From assembly GCA_964430615.1 (NCBI GenBank), contig CAYSGN010000005.1, positions 3,395 through 67,394 on the forward strand: DNA of 64,000 nucleotides. The letters run 5' to 3'. Position 1 is the stretch's first letter; each line of letters starts with the position of its first letter. The stretch is from an uncultured Janibacter sp. (lineage in GTDB: Bacteria; Actinomycetota; Actinomycetes; Actinomycetales; Dermatophilaceae). A program made the position numbers and the translations under genes. The notes under the pieces are model-generated. The model saw only the letters and a list, made by a program, of their open reading frames with translations, was not told the origin of the DNA and ran no database searches. This document shows positions 28,708 through 37,212 of this stretch, one piece after another.

Positions 28708-29493
28708 ATGGACTTCTCCGCCCTGTTTTCCCTCGACGGTCGCGTCGCCCTCGTCACCGGAGGCTCCCGCGGCATCGGCCGGATGATCACCGAGGGCCTC
28801 CTCGCCCAGGGGGCGCGGGTCTACATCACCGCCCGCAAGGAGGACGCCTGCCGCGCGACGGCCGCTGAGCTGTCGCAGCAGTACGGCGAAGGGCGGTGCG
28901 TCGCCCTCCCTTGTGACGTCTCGACGACCGAGGGCATCGCGAGCCTGCTCGCCGCCTTCGGCGAGCACGAGGACCACCTCGACGTCCTCGTCAACAACGC
29001 CGGCGCGGCGTGGGGCGCGCCCTTCGACGAGTTCCCCGAGAGCGGCTGGGACAAGGTGATGGACCTCAACGTCAAGGCGCCCTTCTTCCTCACCCAGGCG
29101 GCCAAGGGCCTGCTCTTCGCCGGCCGCGAGCGCAGCGGGCACCTCGCCAAGGTCATCAACATCGCCTCGATCGACGGCCTCTCGCTCAACCCGGGGCAGA
29201 CCTACAGCTACCACGCGAGCAAGGCGGGGGTCGTCCACCTCACCAAGCGGATGTCGGTCGAGCTGGCACCGCAGGGCATCGTCGTCAGCGCCATCGCGCC
29301 CGGCGCCTTTGCCTCGACGATGAACAAGGACGCCCGCGACCACGCCGACGAGATCTCCGCGCAGATCCCCTCCGGCCGGATCGGCCGCCCCGAGGACATG
29401 GCAGCCGCCGCGGTCTACCTCGCCTCGGACGCCGGTGACTACGTCGTCGGCAGCACGCTCACCGTCGACGGTGGGGTCAACATCGCGCGTTGA
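28708..29493 (+). CDS. SDR-family oxidoreductase
   Basis: TGGSRGIG, NNAG, YSYHASK, SAIAPG; ATG at 28708. Confidence 0.88.
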   Translation: MDFSALFSLDGRVALVTGGSRGIGRMITEGLLAQGARVYITARKEDACRATAAELSQQYGEGRCVALPCDVSTTEGIASLLAAFGEHEDHLDVLVNNAGAAWGAPFDEFPESGWDKVMDLNVKAPFFLTQAAKGLLFAGRERSGHLAKVINIASIDGLSLNPGQTYSYHASKAGVVHLTKRMSVELAPQGIVVSAIAPGAFASTMNKDARDHADEISAQIPSGRIGRPEDMAAAAVYLASDAGDYVVGSTLTVDGGVNIAR

Positions 29494-29509
29494 CGGCACC
29501 CCCGGCCCC

Positions 29510-29559
29510 CGGGTCGATGTATCCAGGTGCGTCCGACGTCACCGAGCAACATCGACCCG
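29510..29559. terminator. Hairpin between convergent SDR and TetR genes
   Basis: CGGGTCGATGT/ACATCGACCCG 11-bp perfect stem. Confidence 0.55.
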
Positions 29560-29572
29560 TAGGGGCGGTCGC

Positions 29573-30253
29573 TCAGTCGGCGCGCAGCTCGGGGCTGGTG
29601 AGCCCGAGCGCGTTGGTCCACAGGCGCGTGGCGGTGTCGACGAGCCCATCGACGTCGTCGACAGCGCCACCGCCGAAGGACTCGTAGGCCAGGCGGGCGA
29701 CCATGCCGGAGAGGGCCATCGCGGCCATCGTCGCGTCGACGCCCCGGTCGGCGAGGCCCCGCTCCTGGAGATCGGCGATCGCCCGGGCGTTGCGGTGGAC
29801 GAAGGCGAGGCTGCGTGCGTTGCGCACCTCGCGGAAGCGCGGGTCGACGGCGGCGACCTGTTGGAGCAGCAGGTTGAGCCGCGCATTGCGCCGGTAGGCC
29901 TCGAAGTAGGCCCGGTTGCTCGCCGCGATGATCGCGACCGGGTCGTCGGTCGCCTCCATGCGGTTGGTGCCCGGGTGGAGCATCTCGCTCTGCGCCTCGT
30001 GGAGGACCGCGGCGAAGACCTCGTCCTTGCTGTCGAACCACGTGTAGAAGCTGCCGATCGAGCACTTCGCCTCGGCGGCGATGTCGACCAGGCGCGAGTC
30101 GACGTAGCCGTCCCGCTCGAAGACGGTGCGGGCGGCGGCGATGAGCGCGTCGCGGGTGCGCTTGCCGCGCGGCGTCTGGGGCTGGGTCCCCAGCTTCGCC
30201 GCATCGACGAGGTCGGGGACCTCGCTGGCGGCGGTGTCGCTCTCGCTCGGCAT
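29573..30253 (-). CDS. TetR/AcrR family transcriptional regulator
   Basis: RTRDALIAAARTVFERDGY...DIAAEAKCSIGSFYTWFDSKDEVF HTH; possible leaderless start (TAGGGT-N7-ATG). Confidence 0.92.
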   Translation of the reverse strand: MPSESDTAASEVPDLVDAAKLGTQPQTPRGKRTRDALIAAARTVFERDGYVDSRLVDIAAEAKCSIGSFYTWFDSKDEVFAAVLHEAQSEMLHPGTNRMEATDDPVAIIAASNRAYFEAYRRNARLNLLLQQVAAVDPRFREVRNARSLAFVHRNARAIADLQERGLADRGVDATMAAMALSGMVARLAYESFGGGAVDDVDGLVDTATRLWTNALGLTSPELRAD

Positions 30254-30263
30254 GGCGGCCACC

Positions 30264-31301
30264 CTAACCCGCCTCGTCGAGCACGACGTGCGCACAGGTG
30301 ACGAGCTCGTCGACGGCCGCGGCCGGGATGACCCCGGCCGCGGTGAGGTTGCGTGGGTCGTCCTGCTGACGCCGACGCACCCCCTCGAGGATGATCGCGA
30401 GCTTCCACAGCCCCAGCCCGTGCCAGAAGGTGACCGCCGAGACGTCCCGACCGGAGACGGCGGCGTAGTGCTCGACGAGCTCGGACCGGGTCGCGAAACC
30501 CGGTACCGACGAGGCGTCGAAGCGCATCGTCGGCGGGTCGCCGGCCATCGGCCAGTACGCGAGCAGGGTCCCGAGGTCGGCCAGGGGGTCGCCCAGCGTC
30601 GACAGCTCCCAGTCGAGGATCGCGCGCACCGTGGCCTCGTGCGGGTCGATGATGACATTGCGCAGGTGGCTGTCCCCGTGGACGAGCGCCACCTCGCCGG
30701 GCCCGGGGTCGCTGGCGGAGAGCCGCCTGGTGAGCCGCTCGAGGTCCGGCAGGTCACGGGTCCGCGAGAGGTCCCACTGACGCGACCACCTGCGCAGCTG
30801 CCGTGCGCCGTAGGGCTTGTGGCTGGCGAGGTCGGCGAGCCCGGCGTCGTCGAGGTCGACCGCGTGGATCCGGGCCAGGGTGTCGACGAGCGAGAGGCCG
30901 GCGCGGTGCCGAGCGGCCGGGGGGAGTCGCTCGGCGTCCGCGCGGCTGTCGAGGACCTCCCCGTCGACGAAGGAGACCGCGAGCAGGGGCACGTCGCTCA
31001 CGGTGGGGTCATCGCAGAGCCCGTGCACGACGGGGAGCGGGACATCCGTGCCCTGGAGGGCGGAGAGGATCCGGTGCTCACGCGCCACGTCGTGGGCGGA
31101 GGCGAGCAGCTCGCCCAGGGGTGGACGCCGCAGGACCAGGCGCTCCCCCTTCGCGTCCGTCGCCAGATACGTGAGGTTGGACTGCCCGAGGCCGACCCGG
31201 GCGAAGGACAGGGGCGGCTGCATGCCGATCCCCAACCCCTCGATCCATCCGGTCACGGCCTCGGCGTCCAGGCCCTCGGTGACGTCGCTCTCGTGGCTCA
31301 T
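30264..31301 (-). CDS. APH-family phosphotransferase (ACAD10/11 kinase-like)
   Basis: GQSNLTY, RRPPLG..SAHDVAREHRIL, HGDSHLRNV, LDWELSTLGDPLADLG. Confidence 0.88.
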   Translation of the reverse strand: MSHESDVTEGLDAEAVTGWIEGLGIGMQPPLSFARVGLGQSNLTYLATDAKGERLVLRRPPLGELLASAHDVAREHRILSALQGTDVPLPVVHGLCDDPTVSDVPLLAVSFVDGEVLDSRADAERLPPAARHRAGLSLVDTLARIHAVDLDDAGLADLASHKPYGARQLRRWSRQWDLSRTRDLPDLERLTRRLSASDPGPGEVALVHGDSHLRNVIIDPHEATVRAILDWELSTLGDPLADLGTLLAYWPMAGDPPTMRFDASSVPGFATRSELVEHYAAVSGRDVSAVTFWHGLGLWKLAIILEGVRRRQQDDPRNLTAAGVIPAAAVDELVTCAHVVLDEAG

Positions 31302-31326
31302 GGCGCTCCTCCCGGGCGTCCGTGCA

Positions 31327-32550
31327 CTACTTCGTCCGGCCCCACTCCGGCGCGCGGCGGCGGTACTCGCGGCGCGCGATGGTCCTCTTGTGCACCTCGT
31401 CGGGGCCATCGGCGAGGCGCAGGGTGCGCATGTGCGCATACCACTGGGCCAGCGGGAAGTCGTCGCTCACCCCACCGCCACCGTGCACCTGGATCGCGCG
31501 GTCGATGACCTTGAGCGCCACCTGCGGGGCAGCCACCTTGATCGCTGCGATCTCGGTCCGGGCGACCTTGTTACCGACCGTGTCCATCATGTGCGCCGTC
31601 TTGAGGGTGAGCAGCCGGGCCATCTCGATCTCGATGCGCGCCTCGGCGACCCAGTCCATGATGTTCGCCCGGTCGGCGACCGGCTCGCCGAAGGTGACCC
31701 GGGACTGCGCCCGGTCGATCATCAGGTCCAGGGCCCGCTCGGCGACGCCGATGGCGCGCATGCAGTGGTGGATGCGGCCGGGCCCCAGCCGGGCCTGGCT
31801 GATCATGAAGCCGTCGCCCTCCCCCGCGAGGAGCGCCTCCTTGGGGACCCGGACGTCCTCGAGGACGACCTCCGCGTGGCCCTCGCGGTCCTGGTAGCCG
31901 AAGACGGGCAGCCCGCGCTCGATCCTCACCCCCGGCGTGTCGAGCGGGACGACCATCATCGACTGCTGACGGTGGGTCGGTGCCTCCGGGTCGGTCTTGC
32001 CCATGACGATGAGCACCTTGCAGTTCTTGTGCAGGGCGTTCGAGGTCCACCACTTGCGACCGTTGATGACGTACTCGTCCCCGTCGCGGACCATCGAGGT
32101 CTCGATCTTCGTCGCGTCCGAGCTCGCGACGGCCGGCTCGGTCATGGCGAAGGCGGAGCGGATCTCCCCCGCGAGGAGGGGCTCCAGCCAGGTCCTCTTG
32201 TGCTCCTCGGTCCCGAAGAGGGTGAGCACCTCCATGTTGCCCGTGTCCGGCGCACTGCAGTTGATGGACTCGGGCGCGATCTCGATGCTGCGGCCGGTGA
32301 TCTCCGCCAGGTGCGCGTACTCGAGGTTGGTCAGGCCCGGGCCCCACTCGGGGTGGGGGTGGAAGAGGTTCCACAGCCCGCGGCCGCGGGCCTCGGCCTT
32401 GAGGTCCTCGAGGACCTGCGGGTGGTGGTTGGGGTCGCCGGACTCGCGCATCTGCCGGCGGTAGACGCTCTCCGCCGGGTAGACGTGCTCGTCCATGAAG
32501 GCGAGCAGGCGGTCGCGGTAGTCCTGGCCGCGGTCACTGAGGTCGAACAT
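31327..32550 (-). CDS. Acyl-CoA dehydrogenase (ACAD10/11-like subfamily)
   Basis: [46 protein letters not shown]. Confidence 0.9.
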   Translation of the reverse strand: MFDLSDRGQDYRDRLLAFMDEHVYPAESVYRRQMRESGDPNHHPQVLEDLKAEARGRGLWNLFHPHPEWGPGLTNLEYAHLAEITGRSIEIAPESINCSAPDTGNMEVLTLFGTEEHKRTWLEPLLAGEIRSAFAMTEPAVASSDATKIETSMVRDGDEYVINGRKWWTSNALHKNCKVLIVMGKTDPEAPTHRQQSMMVVPLDTPGVRIERGLPVFGYQDREGHAEVVLEDVRVPKEALLAGEGDGFMISQARLGPGRIHHCMRAIGVAERALDLMIDRAQSRVTFGEPVADRANIMDWVAEARIEIEMARLLTLKTAHMMDTVGNKVARTEIAAIKVAAPQVALKVIDRAIQVHGGGGVSDDFPLAQWYAHMRTLRLADGPDEVHKRTIARREYRRRAPEWGRTK

Positions 32551-33247
32551 CGTGGTGGTCCTTCTCCTGGCGGGTGGTGGGTGTGGTCGTGGACGAAGGG
32601 AGACCCAGCGCCTCACGGATGCGCGGGATGCTCTCCTGCGCGCTGCGATGGAAGATGCCCCGGATGCCGAGGCGTGCCGCCCCGACGAGGTTGTGCTCGA
32701 GGTCGTCGACGAGCACGCAGGCCTCGGGCCGGACCCCGAGGCGCTCGCAGGCGATCCGGTAGATCCCGCGAGAGGGCTTGCGGACACCGACCTGCCCCGA
32801 GACGACCGTGACGTCGACGAGCTCGTCGAGGTCGATACGGGCGTAGCAGTCGCGCCCGAGGGAGTTGGAGACCAGAGCGACGGGGACCCCGGCGGCCCGG
32901 ACCTCGCGCACGAGGTCGATCATCGCCCGGTCCGGGTGCAGGTGGCTGCCGAGCCGGGCGAGCAGCCCTCGTGCCTCGACGTGCGCCCCGACCTCGGAGA
33001 GTGCCGCGGCGAAGACGTCCTCGAAGCCCTCGTCGTCCAGCCGACCGAGCTCGTGCTCGACGAGCGCCGTCCGAGCAGCCTCGTGGGTCGCCAGCACGCG
33101 CAGGGCCTGGTCCGGGTCGAGCCCGGTCCCGGCCCCGAGCGCCCGGAAGGCCTCTGCCAGCGGGAGGGTGAGCACTCCCCCGAAGTCGACGAGGAGGGCA
33201 TGGGCGCGCGAGCCGGTGCCGAGGACGGGTGTGGGCGGTGACGACAC
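32534..33247 (-). CDS. HAD-superfamily phosphatase (subfamily IA)
   Basis: LVDFGGVL motif I, LVSNS, RKP, VDDL..N; GTG 33247 with GAGGAGG RBS. Confidence 0.85.
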   Translation of the reverse strand: MSSPPTPVLGTGSRAHALLVDFGGVLTLPLAEAFRALGAGTGLDPDQALRVLATHEAARTALVEHELGRLDDEGFEDVFAAALSEVGAHVEARGLLARLGSHLHPDRAMIDLVREVRAAGVPVALVSNSLGRDCYARIDLDELVDVTVVSGQVGVRKPSRGIYRIACERLGVRPEACVLVDDLEHNLVGAARLGIRGIFHRSAQESIPRIREALGLPSSTTTPTTRQEKDHHDVRPQ

Positions 33248-33281
33248 GGGCGCCTCCTCATGGTTCGCGGGCACGACCACA

Positions 33282-33310
33282 GGTATACTTGAATTCAGAT
33301 TCATATACAA
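33282..33310 (-). promoter_or_regulatory. Promoter of HAD-ACAD-kinase(-TetR) operon with operator copy 6 (33288-33305)
   Basis: TTGTAT-N17-TATACC on the minus strand; operator CTTGAA-TTCAGA-TTCATA overlaps the spacer. Confidence 0.7.
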
Positions 33311-33329
33311 GGACTGCCGAGGAGACCGC

Positions 33330-34682
33330 ATCCCCACCGCCACCGTCTCACCCCAGCCGTACCGGGGCGTCCTGGCGGGCGCCTTCGCGGTGCTCTTCGG
33401 CGTGACCGGCCTGGGCAGCGCGGCCGTGGCGGTCGCCGTGCCCGCCATCTCCGACGATCTCGGTCTCACCACGGGCCGGGCCGCCCTCGTCGTCAGCTGC
33501 TACTCCCTCTCCCTGGCAGTCGGGAGCGCGGTCTTCGGCCGGCTCGGTGACCTCGTCGGCCTCCGGGCGCCGCTGCTCCTCGGGATGTCGGTCATGGTGG
33601 CCGCCGCGTGCGCCGGTGCGCTCGTGGACACCCTCCCGGCGCTCATCGCCACCCGGATGCTCCAGGGCCTCGGGGCAGCGGCCGTCCCGGTGCTGACCCT
33701 GGCCGCCGTCCAGGCACTCTTCGCCGGTGACAGCCGGGCCCGGGCCCTCGCCACCTACTCGGGGATCGGTGCCACGGTGAACACCGTCGGGCCGGTGATC
33801 GGCGCGACCCTCGTCGACCCCTTCGGCTGGCGCCCCGTGGTGGCGATCCCCGCGGTGACCCTGGCCGTCCTCCCCTTCGTCTGGCGCGACGTCCCGACCG
33901 AACGTCAGCCGGGGGCGGCCCTCGACCCCGTCGGCACCCTCCTCGTGGCGGGCGCAGCCATCGGCGCCGTGCTCTCCCTCCAGGCGGCGACCCTGGGGAC
34001 GACCACGGCGCTCGTGGGCGTGCTCCTGCTCCTCGTCGGCGCCCCGGGCGCGGCGGCGCGCTCGCGGACCCGACCCGAGGGCGTGGTGCCGCAGGCCCTG
34101 GTCCGCGACCCCAGCGCCCGCCGCAGCCTGCTGACCGCGGTCAGTCTCTCGTCGGCCTGGTTCGGGATGCTCGTGGCGATCCCGGCGGTGCTCATCGCCC
34201 ACGGCTGGACGGGGGTCGAGGTGGGGATGCTGCTGCTGCCGTGCGCCGCCCTGGGCCTGGTCGCGCCGCGCGTCACGGGCCCGGCGCTCATCGCCCTGGG
34301 GGCGGCTCGCGGTCAGCTCGTCGCAGGGGTGGGGGTGGCCGCCGCGGTCGTGTGCGCCGCGGTCGGGGTCGCCGTCGTGCAGCCGGTCCCGCTCGTCGCC
34401 GCGACCCTGCTGCTCATGCTCTCCTTCGGGCTCGGCCAGCCGGCGATGACCTCTCTCGTCGCGGACTCGGTCCCGGCGCGCACGCGCGGCAGCGCGCTCG
34501 GTCTGCTCACGCTCGTCTTCCTCCTCGGCGGCAGCCTCGGCGCCGCCACCGTCGGCGGCCTCGGCGAGACCTTCGGTTTCGCCCGCGCACTCCTGCTCCT
34601 GGCCACCCTGCCGGCTCTCGCCGCGCTCGCCTTCGCCCTCCCACGCACTCCCATCCGCACCCGAGCACAGGAGATCCCGTGA
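33330..34682 (+). CDS. MFS transporter (DHA2-like)
   Basis: FGRLGDLVG, RMLQGLGAA, about 14 hydrophobic segments; start placed at ATC 33330 behind GAGGAG (uncertain). Confidence 0.82.
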   Translation: MPTATVSPQPYRGVLAGAFAVLFGVTGLGSAAVAVAVPAISDDLGLTTGRAALVVSCYSLSLAVGSAVFGRLGDLVGLRAPLLLGMSVMVAAACAGALVDTLPALIATRMLQGLGAAAVPVLTLAAVQALFAGDSRARALATYSGIGATVNTVGPVIGATLVDPFGWRPVVAIPAVTLAVLPFVWRDVPTERQPGAALDPVGTLLVAGAAIGAVLSLQAATLGTTTALVGVLLLLVGAPGAAARSRTRPEGVVPQALVRDPSARRSLLTAVSLSSAWFGMLVAIPAVLIAHGWTGVEVGMLLLPCAALGLVAPRVTGPALIALGAARGQLVAGVGVAAAVVCAAVGVAVVQPVPLVAATLLLMLSFGLGQPAMTSLVADSVPARTRGSALGLLTLVFLLGGSLGAATVGGLGETFGFARALLLLATLPALAALAFALPRTPIRTRAQEIP

Positions 34683-35488
34683 CCGACCGCACCGACCACG
34701 TCCTCTTCGACCTGACCGACGGCATCGCGACCGTGACGCTCAACCGGCCCGAGCGGCGCAACGCGATGTCGGTGCCCATGATCGAGCGCCTCGGCGAGCT
34801 GCTGGCCCGCACCGACGAGGATCCCGACGTGCGCGTGCTCGTCCTGACCGGTGCGGGGCGTGCCTTCTGCGCCGGAGGTGATGTCCAGCAGTTCGACGCC
34901 GACGGCGGCGAGGGCGGGGGTGCGAGCGAGGTCGACCCCCGGGCCGTGGCCGAGCAGCTGCGCCACCAGGAGCTGACCGTCGGTCGCATCCACGCCTTCA
35001 CCAAGCCGGTCATCGCCGCCCTCCCCGGCGCGGCGGCCGGTGCGGGACTGGGGCTGGCCCTCGCAGCGGACCTGCGCATCGGCACCCCGCGCACCGTGGT
35101 GGCCACCGCCTTCGCCGGGGTGGCGCTCTCGGGCGACTTCGGCGTCGTCTGGCTCCTCGACCGGCTGCTCGGCCCCGCGCGGGCCCGCGAGCTGCTCCTG
35201 CTCAACCCGAGGGTGTCGGGCCAGGAGTGCCTCGACCTCGGGCTGCTCACCCGGCTCGTGCCCGAGGAGGAGCTGGAGGAGCGCACGCGGGAGCTGGCCG
35301 CCCGGCTGGCTGCCGGGCCCGCTCGCGCGCTGGCCGGGATCAAGCGCAACCTGCTCGAGGCCCCCACCCAGAGCCTGTCCGAGTCGATGGCCGCCGAGAT
35401 CCCCCGGCACAAGGACTGCGGCCTGACCAGCGACCACGTCGAGGCGGCGCGGGCGTTCGTGGAGAAGCGCCCTCCGGTCTTCGGGTGA
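34679..35488 (+). CDS. Enoyl-CoA hydratase/isomerase family protein
   Basis: NRPERRNAM, AFCAGGD, GAAAGAG, DLRI; GTGA overlap with the MFS stop. Confidence 0.9.
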   Translation: MTDRTDHVLFDLTDGIATVTLNRPERRNAMSVPMIERLGELLARTDEDPDVRVLVLTGAGRAFCAGGDVQQFDADGGEGGGASEVDPRAVAEQLRHQELTVGRIHAFTKPVIAALPGAAAGAGLGLALAADLRIGTPRTVVATAFAGVALSGDFGVVWLLDRLLGPARARELLLLNPRVSGQECLDLGLLTRLVPEEELEERTRELAARLAAGPARALAGIKRNLLEAPTQSLSESMAAEIPRHKDCGLTSDHVEAARAFVEKRPPVFG

Positions 35489-35500
35489 GGGCCCGGCCGG

Positions 35501-36352
35501 CTAGCTCTTCCTCGCGCGGCGGCCGACCCACCTGCCCATCTTCCAGCCGAGGCGCCAGCCGATGACCAGGCCGAGCAGCGCGGCTCCGGCGTGGGGGAGG
35601 TAGCCGCGCACCATGCCGGGCACGAGCATCCCGCCGAGATCGATCGCGTCGTCCGAGCCGGAGTCGGCGGAGCCGCTGGATGCAGCGGAGGACCGGGCGG
35701 GGGACCCCGCGCCCGGGGCCTCGGGACGTGCCGGGGACTCCGGGCCGGGCGCCGCCGGGGTCGCCACGGCCGCGGCCGGTGCCGCGGCGCCGGCCGCCTC
35801 GCTCCCTTCGCCGGCTGCGGGCGTGGCCGACGAGCCCCCGGCCGCCGACCCGCTCGCCGCGGTCTCCGCCGTGGCCGGCGCGGCGGTCGTCTCCGACTCC
35901 GCGCCCGTCGGCTCCTCGAAGCGCCGTGCGAGGCAGTCGGTGAACTGCCCGAGCAGCTTGTCCGAGACGTCCTGCATGACGCCGCGGCCGAACTGCGCCG
36001 GCTTGCCGGTGACGTTGAGGTCCGTGGTCACGTCGACGCGCGTGCCGGAGCCCTCGCTCGTCATGACCATGACGACCTCGGCACCGGCGGTCCCGTTGCC
36101 GCGCTTGTCGCGGCCCTTGGCCTCGATGACCGCACGGCGGCCCGACTCGTCCTTCTCGACGAAGGACCCGCTCCCCTTGTAGACCATCGCGATCGGTCCG
36201 AGCTTGACCTTGACGGTCCCCTCGAAGGAGTCCCCGTCGGCGTTGGTCAGGGTCGCGCCGGGGAAGCACTCCGCGACGCTCTCGAGGTCCATCATCGTCG
36301 ACCAGACGGTCTCGACGGGGGCCTCGACGGTGAACTCGTGCTTCAGATCCAT
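35501..36352 (-). CDS. coxG: CoxG-like SRPBCC protein with Ala-rich linker and C-terminal membrane anchor
   Basis: VKVKLGPI, GKPAQFGRGVMQDVS; follows coxM. Confidence 0.82.
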   Translation of the reverse strand: MDLKHEFTVEAPVETVWSTMMDLESVAECFPGATLTNADGDSFEGTVKVKLGPIAMVYKGSGSFVEKDESGRRAVIEAKGRDKRGNGTAGAEVVMVMTSEGSGTRVDVTTDLNVTGKPAQFGRGVMQDVSDKLLGQFTDCLARRFEEPTGAESETTAAPATAETAASGSAAGGSSATPAAGEGSEAAGAAAPAAAVATPAAPGPESPARPEAPGAGSPARSSAASSGSADSGSDDAIDLGGMLVPGMVRGYLPHAGAALLGLVIGWRLGWKMGRWVGRRARKS

Positions 36353-36357
36353 GGATG

Positions 36358-37212
36358 TCATCCCTCCATTGCGGCGGTCAGGGCTCGGCGGGTGAGGACC
36401 CCCGCCAGGTGCTTGCGGTAGTCGGCAGCGCCGTTGAGGTCGCTGGGTGGGTCGGTCCCCTCGGCCGCGGCGGCGGCGGCCGAGGCGACCAGCTCGGCGG
36501 ACGGGGGCTTCCCGACCAGGGCCTCCTCCACCCCCTTCGCCCGAAGGGGGGTCGAGCCCATGTTCGTCAGCGCCACCCGGGCATCGGCGATGCTGCCGCC
36601 GTCGACACGGACCGTGGCGGCCACGGCGACGATCGACCACTGCTGGGCGGAGCGGATGAACTTCTCGTAGTGCGACCCCCAGCCGGTGTGCTTCGGGATG
36701 CGCACGTGCGTGAGCAGCTCGTCCTCTCCGACGACGGTCTCGAAGATGCCGGTGAAGAAGTCCCCGGCCGGGACCGTCCGCGTGCCGTCCGGTCCGGCGA
36801 TGACCATCTCGGCGTCCAGGGCGAGCGCGGCCGTGCCGATGTCCCCGGCCGGGTCCCCGTGCACGAGCGCCCCGCCGACCGTGCCGCGGTGGCGCACCTG
36901 CGGGTCGGCGACCTGCTCGAGGGTCTGCGCCAGCAGCGCGGCGTGCTCCCGCACCAGGGGGTCGCGCATCGCCTGGTGGTGGGTCGCGGTGGCCCCGACG
37001 ACGACGGCCTCGCCGTCGTCGGTGATCGCGCGCAGGTCCTCGATGCGGCCGAGGTCGATCACGGTCTCCGGGGAGTTCATCCGCAGCCGGAGGATGGGCA
37101 GCAGGCTCTGCCCTCCCGCGAGGACCTTGCCCCAGTCACCCGCCTCGGCGATCGCGGACAGCGCCTCGTCGACGCTCTCCGGCGCGACGTAGTCGAACTG
37201 CGAGGGGATCAT
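36358..37212 (-). CDS. coxM: Molybdo-hydroxylase FAD subunit (CoxM/CutM)
   Basis: LAGGQSL, DPQVRHRGTVGG, HGDPAGD. Confidence 0.88.
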   Translation of the reverse strand: MIPSQFDYVAPESVDEALSAIAEAGDWGKVLAGGQSLLPILRLRMNSPETVIDLGRIEDLRAITDDGEAVVVGATATHHQAMRDPLVREHAALLAQTLEQVADPQVRHRGTVGGALVHGDPAGDIGTAALALDAEMVIAGPDGTRTVPAGDFFTGIFETVVGEDELLTHVRIPKHTGWGSHYEKFIRSAQQWSIVAVAATVRVDGGSIADARVALTNMGSTPLRAKGVEEALVGKPPSAELVASAAAAAAEGTDPPSDLNGAADYRKHLAGVLTRRALTAAMEG

